DNA from: Pristiophorus japonicus
Taxonomy: Eukaryota
NCBI RefSeq assembly: GCF_044704955.1
Contig: NC_091978.1
Coordinates: 360,158,001 to 360,222,000, forward strand
Length of the DNA: 64,000 bases
Direction of reading: 5' to 3'
In this document: positions 12,383 through 25,200 of the stretch, in pieces
Numbering within the stretch: the first letter of the stretch is position 1
Layout of the letters: every line of letters begins with the position of its first letter
Translations under genes and position numbers: made by a program
Notes under the pieces: generated by a model
Told to the model about the DNA's origin: nothing
Seen by the model: the letters and a program-made list of their open reading frames with translations, nothing else
The model's database searches: none

Positions 12383-12993
12383 TGGAGGAGGGAGGAGCTG
12401 CACTGTGAGGAAGTGCGGTCCTTTGGATGAGATGTTAAAGCGAGGCCCTGTCTGCCCCTCTCGGGTGGGTGTATTATTGGAAAGAGCAGGAAAGTTCTCC
12501 TGGAGACTTGCCCAATATTTATCCCTCAATCCACAATCCGAAAAACAGATTATCTGCTAATTATCATATTGTGTGCCGTGTTTCCTATATTGCAGTAATT
12601 GGCCACACTTGAAAAGTATTTCATTGGCTGTAAAGCGCTTTGGGACATCCGGTGGTCGTGAAAGGCGCTATATAAATGCAAACCGTTGTTTTTTATTTGT
12701 AAAACCACCACCTTCTCAAAGGACAATTGGGGATGGGCAATAAATGCTGGCCGACGGCCACATCACGTGAATGAATGTTTATAAAAAACACCGTTGGTGA
12801 ATTGCTGGAGTCATTCCTGCAGCGAGCAGGCAGGATGCATCAGAGATACTGAGATCGCTTCCTTGTCTGCTTGCCCAAATGAGACTGGCTGGCCTGCTGT
12901 AAGTCAGTCTCCCCCAGTGCTCCTGGGGCACAGAGGGACCAGCCAGCCCTTGCCCGAGCTGCCCAGAGCGGGGGCGGTGCGGCAGAGAAGAAG

Positions 12994-13225
12994 ATGTTTT
13001 GCTGGGGAGATGGTGCGTCTGCTCAGCTGGGACTGCGCGACCAGGGGGGGCATCGCCTGGTCCTTTCCGAGCCGCGAGAAATCGAATGCTTACGGCGTCG
13101 GGCGGTGAAGGAAGTGTGTTGTGGCGATGGGCACTCGGTGTATCTCCTGGCCGACGGCACCGTGTTTTCCAGCGGCGTTAACGGGAAAGGGCAACTTGGG
13201 AGGAAGAGGAGCGAGTGTCCCCTCG
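12994..13225 (+). CDS. HERC-like gene (+ copy) coding exon 1
   Basis: AAGATG start, [14 protein letters not shown]...[29 protein letters not shown]; donor G|GTAAG at 13226; 232 nt, phase 1. Confidence 0.92.
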
Positions 13226-16200
13226 GTAAGCATTGAGACTGAGCGGGGCAGAGGGGAAGGGGTGAGCACCCTCACCTTCGTCCCACAGGCTTTAAGATAG
13301 TTTCACATTTCTGCATTTCATCCCTTTCCCCCCCAGTTCCAAACACTTTTAATCCACCGCCCCCGCCCCGAGTCTGGGGCATATTGCTCTCTTGTGGCCA
13401 AAGTTAACGGTTATTTTGATTAAACTCGCCAATGGCAATTTAACGCAATTAATTTCCCAGACAAGGACCAGGGAACGGCAAGTTCCCAGTTCATCAGTTT
13501 CGTTTTCTCTCACAGTTGCTATTCCCAGGGGGTTTCCTGTGCAGCAGTTTTGATTTCCAATCTCGAAACTGGGTTATGTACAGCGCAAAACTCACAAAAC
13601 AAACAGGGTGTCATTTATTTGAAGCAGGAAGTGTTGACAGCAGCTCTGCGCATGTTGTCATTGTACCTGGGACAGAAGGCTCAGAAACAGGCCATTCAGC
13701 CCGACTGGGCTATGCCAGTGTATGTGCTCCAAACCAGCCTCCTCTGACCCTACTTCATCTCACCCCATCAGCATATCCCTCTCCCTCATATGCTTATCCA
13801 GTTTCCCCTTAAATGCACCGACGCAATTCGCCTCAGCTACTCCCTGTGGTAGTAATTTTTCAAATTTCAAATTCTGTAGGACTAGAGATTGGGTCACAGG
13901 GTGCTAACTTTTGAAGGAGTGCAAAAGTATCGGCCAGGCGAAAACGATTTACTGCTCTGGGGGAAGTTGTATCGCCAGCGGAGCGTGGCGTTACGGGTGG
14001 GAGCGGGCGTTACGGGTGGGAGCGTGACGTTACGGGTGGGAGCGGGCGTTACGGGTGGGAGCGTGGCGTTACGGGTGGGAGCGTGACGTTACGGGTGGGA
14101 GCGTGACGTTACGGGTGGGAGCGTGGCGTTACGGGTGGGAGCGGGCGTTACGGGTGGGAGCGTGACGTTACGGGTGGGAGCGTGACGTTACGGGTGGGAG
14201 CGTGGCGTTACGGGTGGGAGCGGGCGTTACGGGTGGGAGCGTGACGTTACGGGTGGGAGCGGGCGTTACGGGTGGGAGCGTGGCGTTACGGGTGGGAGTG
14301 TGGCGTTACGGGTGGGAGCGGGCGTTACGGGTGGGAGCGTGACGTTACGGGTGGGAGCGTGCGTTACGGGTGGGAGCGTGCGTTACGGGTGGGAGCGTGA
14401 TGTTACGGGTGGGAGCGTGACGTTACGGGTGGGAGCGGGCGTTACGGGTGGGAGTGTGGCGTTACGGGTGGGAGCGGGCGTTACGGGTGGGAGCGTGACG
14501 TTACGGGTGGGAGCGTGGCGTTACGGGTGGGAGCGTGATGTTACGGGTGGGAGCGTGACGTTACGGGTGGGAGCGTGACGTTACGGGTGGGAGCGTGACG
14601 TTACGGGTGGGAGCGTGGCGTTACGGGTGGGAGCGGGCGTTACGGGTGGGAGCGTGACGTTACGGGTGGGAGCGGGCGTTACGGGTGGGAGCGTGGCGTT
14701 ACGGGTGGGAGCGGGCGTTACGGGTGGGAGCGTGACGTTACGGGTGGGAGCGGGCGTTACGGGTGGGAGCGTGGCGTTACGGGTGGGAGCGGGCGTTACG
14801 GGTGGGAGCGTGACGTTACGGGTGGGAGCGGGCGTTACGGGTGGGAGCGTGGCGTTACGGGTGGGAGTGTGGCGTTACGGGTGGGAGCGGGCGTTACGGG
14901 TGGGAGCGTGACGTTACGGGTGGGAGCGGGCGTTACGGGTGGGAGCGTGCGTTACGGGTGGGAGCGTGCGTTACGGGTGGGAGCGTGACGTTACGGGTGG
15001 GAGCGGGCGTTACGGGTGGGAGCGTGACGTTACGGGTGGGAGCGTGACGTTACGGGTGGGAGCGGGCGTTACGGGTGGGAGCGTGACGTTACGGGTGGGA
15101 GCGGGCGTTACGGGTGGGAGCGTGACGTTACGGGTGGGAGCGGGCGTTACGGGTGGGAGCGGGCGTTACGGGTGGGAGCGGGCGTTACGGGTGGGAGCGT
15201 GACGTTACGGGTGGGAGCGTGACGTTACGGGTGGGAGCGTGACGTTACGGGTGGGAGTGGGCGTTACGGGTGGGAGCGGGCGTTACGGGTGGGAGCGTGA
15301 CGTTACGGGTGGGAGCGTGACGTTACGGGTGGGAGTGGGCGTTACGGGTGGGAGCGTGACGTTACGGGTCGGAGCGGGCGTTACGGGTGGGAGCGTGACG
15401 TTACGGGTCGGAGCGGGCGTTACGGGTGGGAGCGGGGCGCTACGGATCGAAGCGGGGTGTTACTGATTACCGCCGCCACTAAATCCCCGTGGAATTTCGC
15501 GGGAGTCGGTCGCAGCACCGCGCCCGTGCGAAGAGTGGTTTGCGCCTCGTTAGTGCCCTCTGGGGGTGCTAACGGGAGGCGCAAACACCTCAAATTTCTC
15601 CCCTTAAGAACCTAATAAGACAAAGTGAGATATTGTCAGAATCCGTGTGTTTCACTTTTAACCCAGCAGCCATTGAGTAGAATGTCAGCACTCTCAAATC
15701 TCCAGTCTCCCCCTCTTAAACTCAACTGCAGAGATGGCCATATGAATGCGGTGAAAGTATGGAGGATAAGTAGTGAAATGTTTAATCTCAATTTCTGTAG
15801 AATAAATGTGGCTTTGAACTGGTGCCCAGACTGCTGAGAGGACTAGAGGTATGTTTGAAATCTGTTACTATACCATTGACAGTGACTCTGGAATCAAATG
15901 AAACAGTATCAGAAAGGATCTCGTAATAAACCTCTTATCCATGTAGTTACATTTTTTATTGGCCATTCATTGGTCAGTGTAATTATCGTAGTGAATAATA
16001 TATGCGTTTCACATACATTACCAGGCATCGCAATTTCAAGTTGCATGAGGCCAGATCTAGGTTAGATGTCTGGAGGGGTTTATTTCCCAGAGAATAGTGG
16101 ACCTCTGGAACAGGCTGCCATCTCATGCAAAGGATTCACTGAATTCCTTCAAGTGAGAGCTGGATCTGTTTCTGGCTGGGGTGGAGATCACCTCTTACAG

Positions 16201-19200
16201 AAGGTCGGTACTGCAGGAAATTCAGGACCAGGGTGATCTCCTGAACTACTTCCGATCGCCTAGATGGTCCAGAGAGGAATTTCCCCCCAAATTGGCCTGG
16301 GTTTTTTATGTTTGTTTGCCTCGCCCTGGAGATCACATGGTATCGGGTGGCGTGGAGTGTATATGTTGTGATACACAAGGTATCGCAATTGTGTGGGACA
16401 AGCTTGATGGACCCGAGACTCATTGTTCGTATTTATGTTCGTATGCTGTTTATTTTACAGCTCAGATAAGTGCTCTAAATACGCAGAAGATTGTCCGTGT
16501 GGCCTGCGGGAAGCTCCATACCTTGGCTCTTTGTGAAAATGGATCTGTCTTTGGCTGGGGAGCTGGAACTTATGGACAACTGGGCAATGGGGACTGCCAG
16601 AGAATCGTTTCACGTCCAAGGTATGAAGAAATAAGTCGACTACCTGAGAAGCTTGTGCCTGCATGTAGTTAACTGAACACTAGATGGTGCCCTATTGGGA
16701 ATAAGCATATCATAGCAATTGCATTCCGAGGTCTTCCTTGTATTACTTCTGTTATTCTTTGACGGAATGTTCGAGAGGGTCTGGAAATAAAAACAACTGG
16801 TTATTGGCATACCAGAGGGAACAGTAGCGTACAGGTTATGTTACTGGACGAGTAATCCAGAGGTCTGGACAAATATTCCGGATCCACTGATGGGGGAGAC
16901 TAGAACTAGGGAGCATAGTCTCAGAAGGGGCCGCCCATTTAAAACTGAGATGAGGAGGAATTTCTTCTCTCAGAGGGTTGTGAATCTGTGGAATTCACTG
17001 CCTCAGTGAGCTGTGGAAACTGGGACGTTGAATAAATTTAAAACAGAGATAGGCAGTTTCTTAACAGATAAGGGGATAAGGGGTTATGGGGAACGGGGGG
17101 TGGGGGGAAGTAGACCTGAGTCCATGATCGGATCAGCCATGATCTTATTGAATGGCGGAGCAGGCTCAAGGGACAGTATGGCCGACTCCTGCTCCTATTT
17201 CTTATGTTCTTATGTGAACACTGATGGACAGGTAAAGACCATCTGATCCATTGAGCCTGTCCCACCCGATTGCGATACCTTGTGTATCACAATATATACT
17301 CTCCACTATTATGTCTGTAATGTACTTATGAATGACTCTACGAGGCAATGTGTTGTACTCAAACTGTAATGAACTTGGTCCTTTATTCGTAACTCCAGAG
17401 TGAGGCAGCCGCATGGTGGCTACCCTTTTATACAGCCCCTGTCACCAGGGCAGGAAACCCCGGTTGCATCCTCTAGTGGTGCCAGCATAGTATATACACA
17501 GTGTAAATCTTATTGACAGGTAAACAAATCTCCATCTTATGCAACTATACAGTGACTACACCGAGAGTATATCTATTGTCTGCATATGTAACATCCACCC
17601 CACCCGTAACCATGATAAAGGCAAAACAACAGATAAAGTGAGTTTAAATTCCACCATGGCAGCTGGGGAATTTAGATTCAGTTAAATAAATCTGGCAAAA
17701 AAATGCCAATACCAGTAATGGTGTTCATAAAACAACTGGATTGTTGTAAAAATCCATCTGGTCCTTTAGGGAAGAAAATCTGCCGTCCTTACCCAGTCTG
17801 GCCTATATGTGACTCCAGACCCACAGTAGTGTGGTTGACTCTTAACTGTCCTCTGAAATGGCCCAGCAAGCCACTCAGTTGTACCAAACTGCTACAACAA
17901 AGTCACAGTGGGAATACCTTCACCAAACAGGCTGCAACGGTTCAAACACCAAGGCGCTCACCACCACCTTCTCAAGGGCAATGAGGGATGGGCAATAAAC
18001 ATTGGCCTTGCCAGCAACGCCCACATTCCATAAATTAAAAAAAAACACCAAGCACTACTCACTATCAACTGCTCACATTACCAGCGACATTTCCATATCT
18101 CTCAGCGGCCAGTCATTCTCCCTCTTGGAAAAGCATGTTTACATCGGATTGGGACGGGATATACCAATCCTAGGTGCTCCTTGGGAAGCAGGGATCAGCC
18201 TATGTCGGGGATGGCGTACTAGGGATAGTTTTCCAGTCGCATGATCCTGGTCAAAAGTGGAGCTCGGTGGGAGCGCTGGTCAGCAATTTAAATGAGAAAA
18301 TCAGTGACAGCGGACCCATGAGTCCCTGGCCAGTGCTCCCTATCAGCCAGCTTTTATACCTGGAAAAGAAAGAAAGTACTTGCATTTATATAACACCTTT
18401 CACAACCTCAGGATGTGTCAAAGCACTTTACAGCCAATGAAGAGAAGCAACTAGGGGTACAATGTTAAAGGGGGTGCATGAACAGAGAGACCTGGGGTAT
18501 ATGTACGCAAATCGGTGAAGGTGGTAGGGCAGGTTGAGAAAGCGATTGAAAAATATCTGGGATCCTGGGCTTTATAAATAGAGGCATAGAGTACAAAAGC
18601 AAGGAAGTTATGATAAACCTTTATAAAACACTGGTTTGGCCACAACTGGAGTATTGTGTCCAATTCTGGGCACCGCACATTAGGAAGGATGTGAAGGCTT
18701 TAGAGTGGGTGCAAAAAAGATTTACAAGAATGGTTCCAGGGATGAGAGACTTCAGTTACGTGGATACACTGGAGAGTTCTCCTTAGAGCAGGGACGATTG
18801 AGAGGTGATTTTATAGATGTGTTCAAAGATAGAGTAGATAAGAGAGAAACTGTTCCCATTGACAGAAGGGTTGAGACCCAGAGGACACAGATTTAAGGTG
18901 ATTGGCAGAAGAACCAAAGGCGACATGAGGAAAAACTTTTTAACGCAGCGAGTGGTTATGATCTGGAATGCACTGCCTCAGAGGATGTTGGAGGTATATT
19001 CAATTGTGGCTTTCAAAAGGGAGTTGGATAAGTATTTGAATTAAAAAAATGTGCAGGGCTACGGGGAAAGGGTGGGGGAGTGGGACTGGCTGAAGTGCTC
19101 TTGTAGAGAGCCGGCACGGCCCCACCTCCCCCCACGGCTTGGAAACCACTGCCTGACTGGAAGCCCACCCTTTACGTCGCACACAAGCGTGCTGGGAAAC

Positions 19201-22200
19201 CCGAACTTCCGGGTCCCGCCGTACCGTGCGGGTGGGAAATGTGAAAATCCAGCCCAATAACTTTGAGATCAGGCTGGAACTTTCCGCTTGTCCAGGACAG
19301 TCGAGCGAGAGGACACAGCCTGTGCTTGAAGGGGGAAAAATTCAAAACTAATCTGTGTAAACAATATTTCAATGAGCGAGTGGTCAATCTATGGAACAGG
19401 CTCCCTTGGGAAATGGTGGAAGCAATTAATGTGGGTTAATTCGATAGATTTCTGTCATTACATTGATGGATACAATGTGTGAGTAATTTGAGACCCGACG
19501 TGTGGTGAGTGTAATGTGCTTGGGTGGCGTCTTCCTCATGTCATGTCTGGGTCTGTTGTAGACTCATTGAAGAAGAGGAGAAGAAGAAGAAGGTAGAGAT
19601 TGATGACTATGGTTAGTCAACAAATCGTTCCAATGGAAGTAACAGGTGCCGATGGAAAAACAGGACCAATGGGTGTTAACCATGACTTGACTTGGTATTA
19701 TTAAACAGTCGGAATTGGAATAGCAACACATTACCGCTGGTTTTTCACAGGATGGAAACCTTGTGAAGCACCGGAACCACCGAGGAGATGTTTGGTGCCA
19801 TGTCCTACTCCTTCAAACACCAACCATCATAAATGGTAGCAGCGGGAATCACGCTCCGGCGTGCGGTAGAAATGAAACGGAATCTGTCACCAACACTGGC
19901 CCCTGTAACGCTGTACTCAGTCGCACACCCTTCACATACTTTAACAGGAGAGTTGAAAAAAAATGTCTTTCATTTGCAGGAGAGTGGAAGGATTTAGAGT
20001 TCCGATAGTGCAGATTACATGTGGCCGCTATCACTCACTGGCTCTTTCTAGAGGTAACACGTTATCATTTATAAATCAAAACTTTCAGCATCATGCCGGT
20101 CGTTGGGATTTCTAATTAAAATGTTTGTCCAATCTCTTTAGATAGCGCCGTCTATTCCTGGGGACAGAATAGTTACGGGCAACTGGGACTTGGTGAAGGT
20201 ATCTACACCCAGCTACGTCCCCAACGTGTGACCTCCCTGACTGGGATCCCAGTGGCTCAGATCGCTGCAGGGGGCAGACACAGCTTCGCCCTGTCTCTCT
20301 CGGGGGCGGTGTTCGGTTGGGGGAAGAACGATCACGGACAGCTGGGGCTCAAGGACACAGAGAGTAAGAGCACACCGGGGCGCGTTTCTTTCTAGCGGTT
20401 AGTCGGATGCCAGTAAAGGGATGATCAGGATCGATCGAAATGGAACGGGCTTCTTGTCCACTGGTGCTGCTGCTTTGAGCCTCGACATCCTTTGCGACTG
20501 TGACAAAGGCAAACTATCCCTCCTCGTCCTTCTTGACTTGTCTGCAGCCTTTGACACGGTTGACCACACCATCCGTCTCCACCTTTTGTCCAGTTGGGTG
20601 GGACTGCACTCACCTGGTTCCATTCTTAGCTATCAAATCGTAGCCAGAGAATCACCTGCATTGGCTTCTCTTCCTGCCCCTACATCATTACCTCTAGTGT
20701 CCCCCAATGATCTATCCTTGGCCCCCTCCAATTTGTCATCTACATGTTGCCGCTTGGCGACACCATCCAAAAACACAGCGTCAGTTTCCATGTTTACGGT
20801 GATGCCACCCAGCTCTACCTCAGTACCACATCTCTCGACCCCTCCACGGTCTCTAAATGGTCAGACTGCTTGTCCGACATCCAGTTCTAGATGAGCAGAA
20901 AATTTCTCCAATCGAATATTGGGAAGACTAAAGCCATTGGCCTTGAAATTCCGTGTTGGCCTTCCCGCGGGCATTTTAGAGAAAAAATACGCACCTACCT
21001 TAAGCTGCTGCCCACGTTGGACTTTCCGATGCTGAGGCCTCTCCTGACTGCCAGTCGCAGTGTGTGCACGCCCACATGTGCGCAGGCCTCGAGCTGGAGT
21101 CACATGGCTCTGGGCAGCCAATCAGGAAAGTATCATAGTAATAGGAGTTCTAAAAGATCCTGAACTCCGATTACATTGATTGAGAAACAGCCCCAAACAT
21201 CCAAAACACTAACAAAAAAATAGAAAATATACACTGCATTCCTTTAAATTAAAGTTATTAATGTCTTAAAAAAATATATATTTTCCCGATTTAAAAAAAA
21301 AAAAATTTTTTAAAATAAATTTACCGTTGTGGGGAGGGTTTTTAATGATAAAATATGTTTTCATAACTTTATTTTTATGTGTTTTTGTGTTTTTTAAAAC
21401 ACTATTGCCTGTAAAAGTAGGCTATGCAGGCGCAACATTTTTGAAGACATTTGTATGCGTAAATATCGGAAATTTGCACTTACAAATATCCTCGCTCCCG
21501 ATCTGCGGAGAATCTGTCAAGCCAGAAACTTAACAGGTCGGATAAGCCGGTTTTCAGCACATGCACATTGCGCGCCGAAAACCGACTTTTCCGACGCCTT
21601 CCCGGGAAGGCCGGGATTTCAGGGCCACTGTGTTCGGTCTCCACCACAAACTCCGTTCCCTAGCCACTGACTCCATCCCTCTCCCCAACTTCTGTCTGAG
21701 GCTGAACCAGACTGCTCGCAATCTTTGTCATATTTGACATTGAAACAAGCTTTTGACCACATATCCACAGCAGAACTACGACCGCCTATTTCCAGCTCTG
21801 TAACATCGCCCGTCTCCGCCCTTGCCTCAGCTCATCACTCAAAGTTTCTGGGGGCTTTCCCTGGGGCACCGGGTGGAGCCTGGCTTGTGTCTGCAGAGGA
21901 CACAGTCCAGACGGAGCCACATAGATGAGGATTGTGGGACCTTTCCGTCCTTCCACCTCAAATTTAGACCAGTTTAAGTGACAATGTAGTTGATTCAGCA
22001 GGGTGAAAGGAGCACTGTTGCTAATGAGTAATAACTAATTGGATTTCTGCCCTCCCCACTATCCAAGTGATTGTAGAAAAATTATGAGCATTGTGATGGG
22101 TGGCATTTTTAAAAAAGCATGTAATAAAAAACCCAAAATATCCCAAAAGGAACATACTAGCCCTTAAACCTTTCCTCCTTTCTTCCCTTCTTCTTGTGCT

Positions 22201-25200
22201 GGTTTGGTAGGGCGTACGTTACTGATGTTTGATTGAAGCAGTGTGCCATGATTTTCCCATCTACTGGATGGTAAAAGTGCCAAATGCCGAGCAGGAATCT
22301 CCTTTATTAAAGCTGGTTGTTGTCTCAATAGATAAAGTCAGTCCATGCCGTGTGAAGCAACTGAAGAAACTCAATGCCACATACATCTCTTGTGGGAATC
22401 AACATACTGCTGTACTAACAAAGGTATGTGTAATGTGTCTGCTTCATAGGTTCTTTGCTTAAGAATTCATAGCAACGCATTGCTATTAAGAACCAGTTGT
22501 TTTATTGTCAAAGGTTTAACAATCACACGACACATTACCAGTTCATCCACCAGGCTCACAACCACCTGCCTCATCGTGGATCCCCTGAACCCTGACTGGG
22601 GTTTTATTGAGTCTTGTGAACAAGACTGGCTAAGCCACTCCCAACTCACCAGCTCTCCAAACCTGTGAGCGCACTCACGGGTACATACATTACAGAATGC
22701 TCTCAGCCAATACAATTATTGTGGCCTTCTCCATAGTAGCTGGCAAGTTAGATAAGAGGCTTGTCCTATGAGAAGAAATTGAGTAAATTGAGCCTATACT
22801 CTCTGGAGTGTAGAAGAAATGTCGGTGATTTCATTGAAAGATGTAAGATTCTGAGGGGCATTGTCTGGATAGATGGTGAGAGATAGTTTCTTCTGGCTGG
22901 AGAACGAAGGGCCATATTCTCAGGATAAAGGGTTGGCCTTTTAAGACTGAGATGAGGAGGAATTTCTTCACTCAGAGGGTTGCAAATCTTTGGAATTCTC
23001 TGCCCCAGCGGGCTGTGGAGCCTCAGTCGTTGAGTATGTTCAAGACTGAGATAGATAGTTTTTTGGACACTAGGGGAATCAAGAGATATGGGAATCGGGC
23101 AGGAAAGTGAAGTTGAGATAGAAGATCAGCCATGATCTTATTGAATGGCGGAGCAGGCTCAAGGGGCCGTATGGCCTACTCCTGCTCCTAGTTCTTATGA
23201 TCTTATGATTTTTTTAATAGATATTTTAGAAGTTAAGTGATAAATTGACTACCAGTTTATTTTAGGAGGTAAATACAAAAAAGACATTAGTGTAGTTAAC
23301 GCAAATTGATATGTCAGAAAGGTACTCCAGTAAAACCGAAAGGTTTCCCTCCACCTTTGACAGTCCAGTGGTGTTACCGGTTGTGTAGATGAGGAAAGTG
23401 TTACTCGGCAACAGGAAAGATTGAGTGGCACCAGAGAAACATATTTGAAGTGAGGGACATTCTAACACTGTCGCTGTTTCGGTGTCATTTCCTTTTGAGA
23501 GCGGAGTTAGCCAGAGGGCAACAGTCAGGGAGGCTGGTTGTCTCTTGGAGCCCTGCAGCAGGATCCATTTCCCCGCCCGCCCCCCTCCCCCAAATTCCCC
23601 CACTCCCCTCCTGCATGACCACAGGGGGGCTCCGCAGTGCAGGTGGAAATGCTGGCATGAGGCGACCCGATAATATTTAAATGAGGCTGACCCGGAAAAT
23701 TTGCCGAGGTCAGTGCCTGGATCAGCCGGTAGTCTCACTCCACCACACAGTGCACCATCGCCCCTGGAGACGGAAATCCCCGGCCTGTTCCTCTGGCCAT
23801 TTGCTCGAAACATCTGCACTGATAACCCTCAATGTGCTAATACTGTCTATAGAATGGGCCGACTCCTGGGCCTCGATTAAGGTCCAAGGGGTACATTTTG
23901 CTCTGAGTATAAAGTTAAAGAACAATTCTATCACTAAACTGTCATTGGTTTCCCTTAAGCATTGTAGGCTGTTTTTCTATGATAAAGGCACTATATAAAT
24001 GCAAGTTATTGTTGGCGGTTTAATTATGTGTAGCGGAAAAGTTTAGTTGCTATAGTGACAGACATAGGATGTCCTAATGTCCAGTTGCTATAGTGACAGA
24101 CATGGGATGTCCTAATGTCCAGTTGCTATCGTGACAGACATGGGATGTCCTAATGTTCATTGCTATAGTGACAGACATGGGATGTCCTAATGTTCAGTTG
24201 CTATAGTGACAGACATGGGATGTCCTAATGTTCAGTTGCTATAGTGACAGACATGGGATGTCCTAATGTTCAGTTGCTATAGTGACAGACGTGGGATGTC
24301 CTAATGTCCAGTTGCTATAGTGACAGACATGGGATGTCCTAATGTCCAGTTGCTATAGTGACAGACATGGGATGTCCTAATGTTCAGTTGCTATAGTGAC
24401 AGACATGGGATGTCCTAATGTTCAGTTGCTATAGTGACAGACATGGGATGCCCTAATGTACAGTTGCTATAGTGACAGACATGGGATGTCCTAATGTCCA
24501 GTTGCTGTGGTGTTGACGATGTAACTCAATGAGCAATAGAACATTGAGTTGCGTCCCTTCCGTATCCTGTGGAAGATGCGGTCCCATTGTAGGGAGTAAC
24601 GCATCTCTATGGATGAGCACTGTTATATTTTCAGATTGAGCCTGGTATACATTTTTTAAGGCTGAATTGAAATAGAAAATAACAAACTTGCATTTATAAT
24701 GGTGCCTGTCATGTCCCAAACTTGAAGGAGAGAATTCCAGATTGCACTACCCCTTGTGTGAGGAAGTGCTTCATGACTTCACTCCTGAATGGCCAAGCTG
24801 TAATTATAACATTATGTCCCCTTGTTACAGGATGGAAATGTGTTCACATGCGGCGATGGAAGCTCCGGACAACTGGGACTGAGCGCAACAACTGACGTGA
24901 CCACCTTCCAAAAGGTAGAACATAACCAGGGAGAGGTTTCCCAGATAGCCTGCGGCAGGTGAGTAACATCGGAGCTTGAAGCACAGTCTGTCCATCCTTC
25001 TCCTCAAAGCTGTGTTTGATTCCAGCCCGCTCTGATGAGGTGAACACCACATTCATCAACATACTGCCCAACACAACATATTTAAAAACTAATCCTTTAA
25101 AAGATTTTGGTTGACCTGGATTTGCTACATTGTGCTTCCAGCGCTCGGATCTGGGTTCAAATGTGATGGAGCCGTTCTCCTGAGTATTGTCCACCGTGAG

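Larger units (their letters stand above)
370..19120. repeat. Large inverted segmental duplication: arms about 370-9604 and 11527-19120, spacer about 9605-11526
   Basis: Collinear reverse-complement matches: 9060-9604/11527-12070, 7183-8560/12430-13840, 3592-3930/16430-16768, 2410-2500/16770-16870, 1760-1975/18057-18290, 1100-1235/18290-18440, 370-1065/18450-19120. Confidence 0.9.

Noticed and set aside
12899-12966. Small 5' UTR intron (GTAAGT...CAG) before the ATG
   Set aside because: The polypyrimidine tract is weak, and it cannot be supported without transcript data.
13981-15436. CRISPR-like array, or repetitive ORFs ([12 protein letters not shown])n
   Set aside because: There are no unique spacers, the context is a eukaryotic intron, and the ORFs are by-products of the minisatellite.
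16181-16672. 163-aa ORF as a stand-alone gene (likewise 3721-4191)
   Set aside because: Only the 160-nt exon is RCC1-like; the rest is intron and repeat read-through.
24045-24507. CRISPR array (38-bp palindromic repeats)
   Set aside because: Units are directly adjacent with no spacers and no cas genes.
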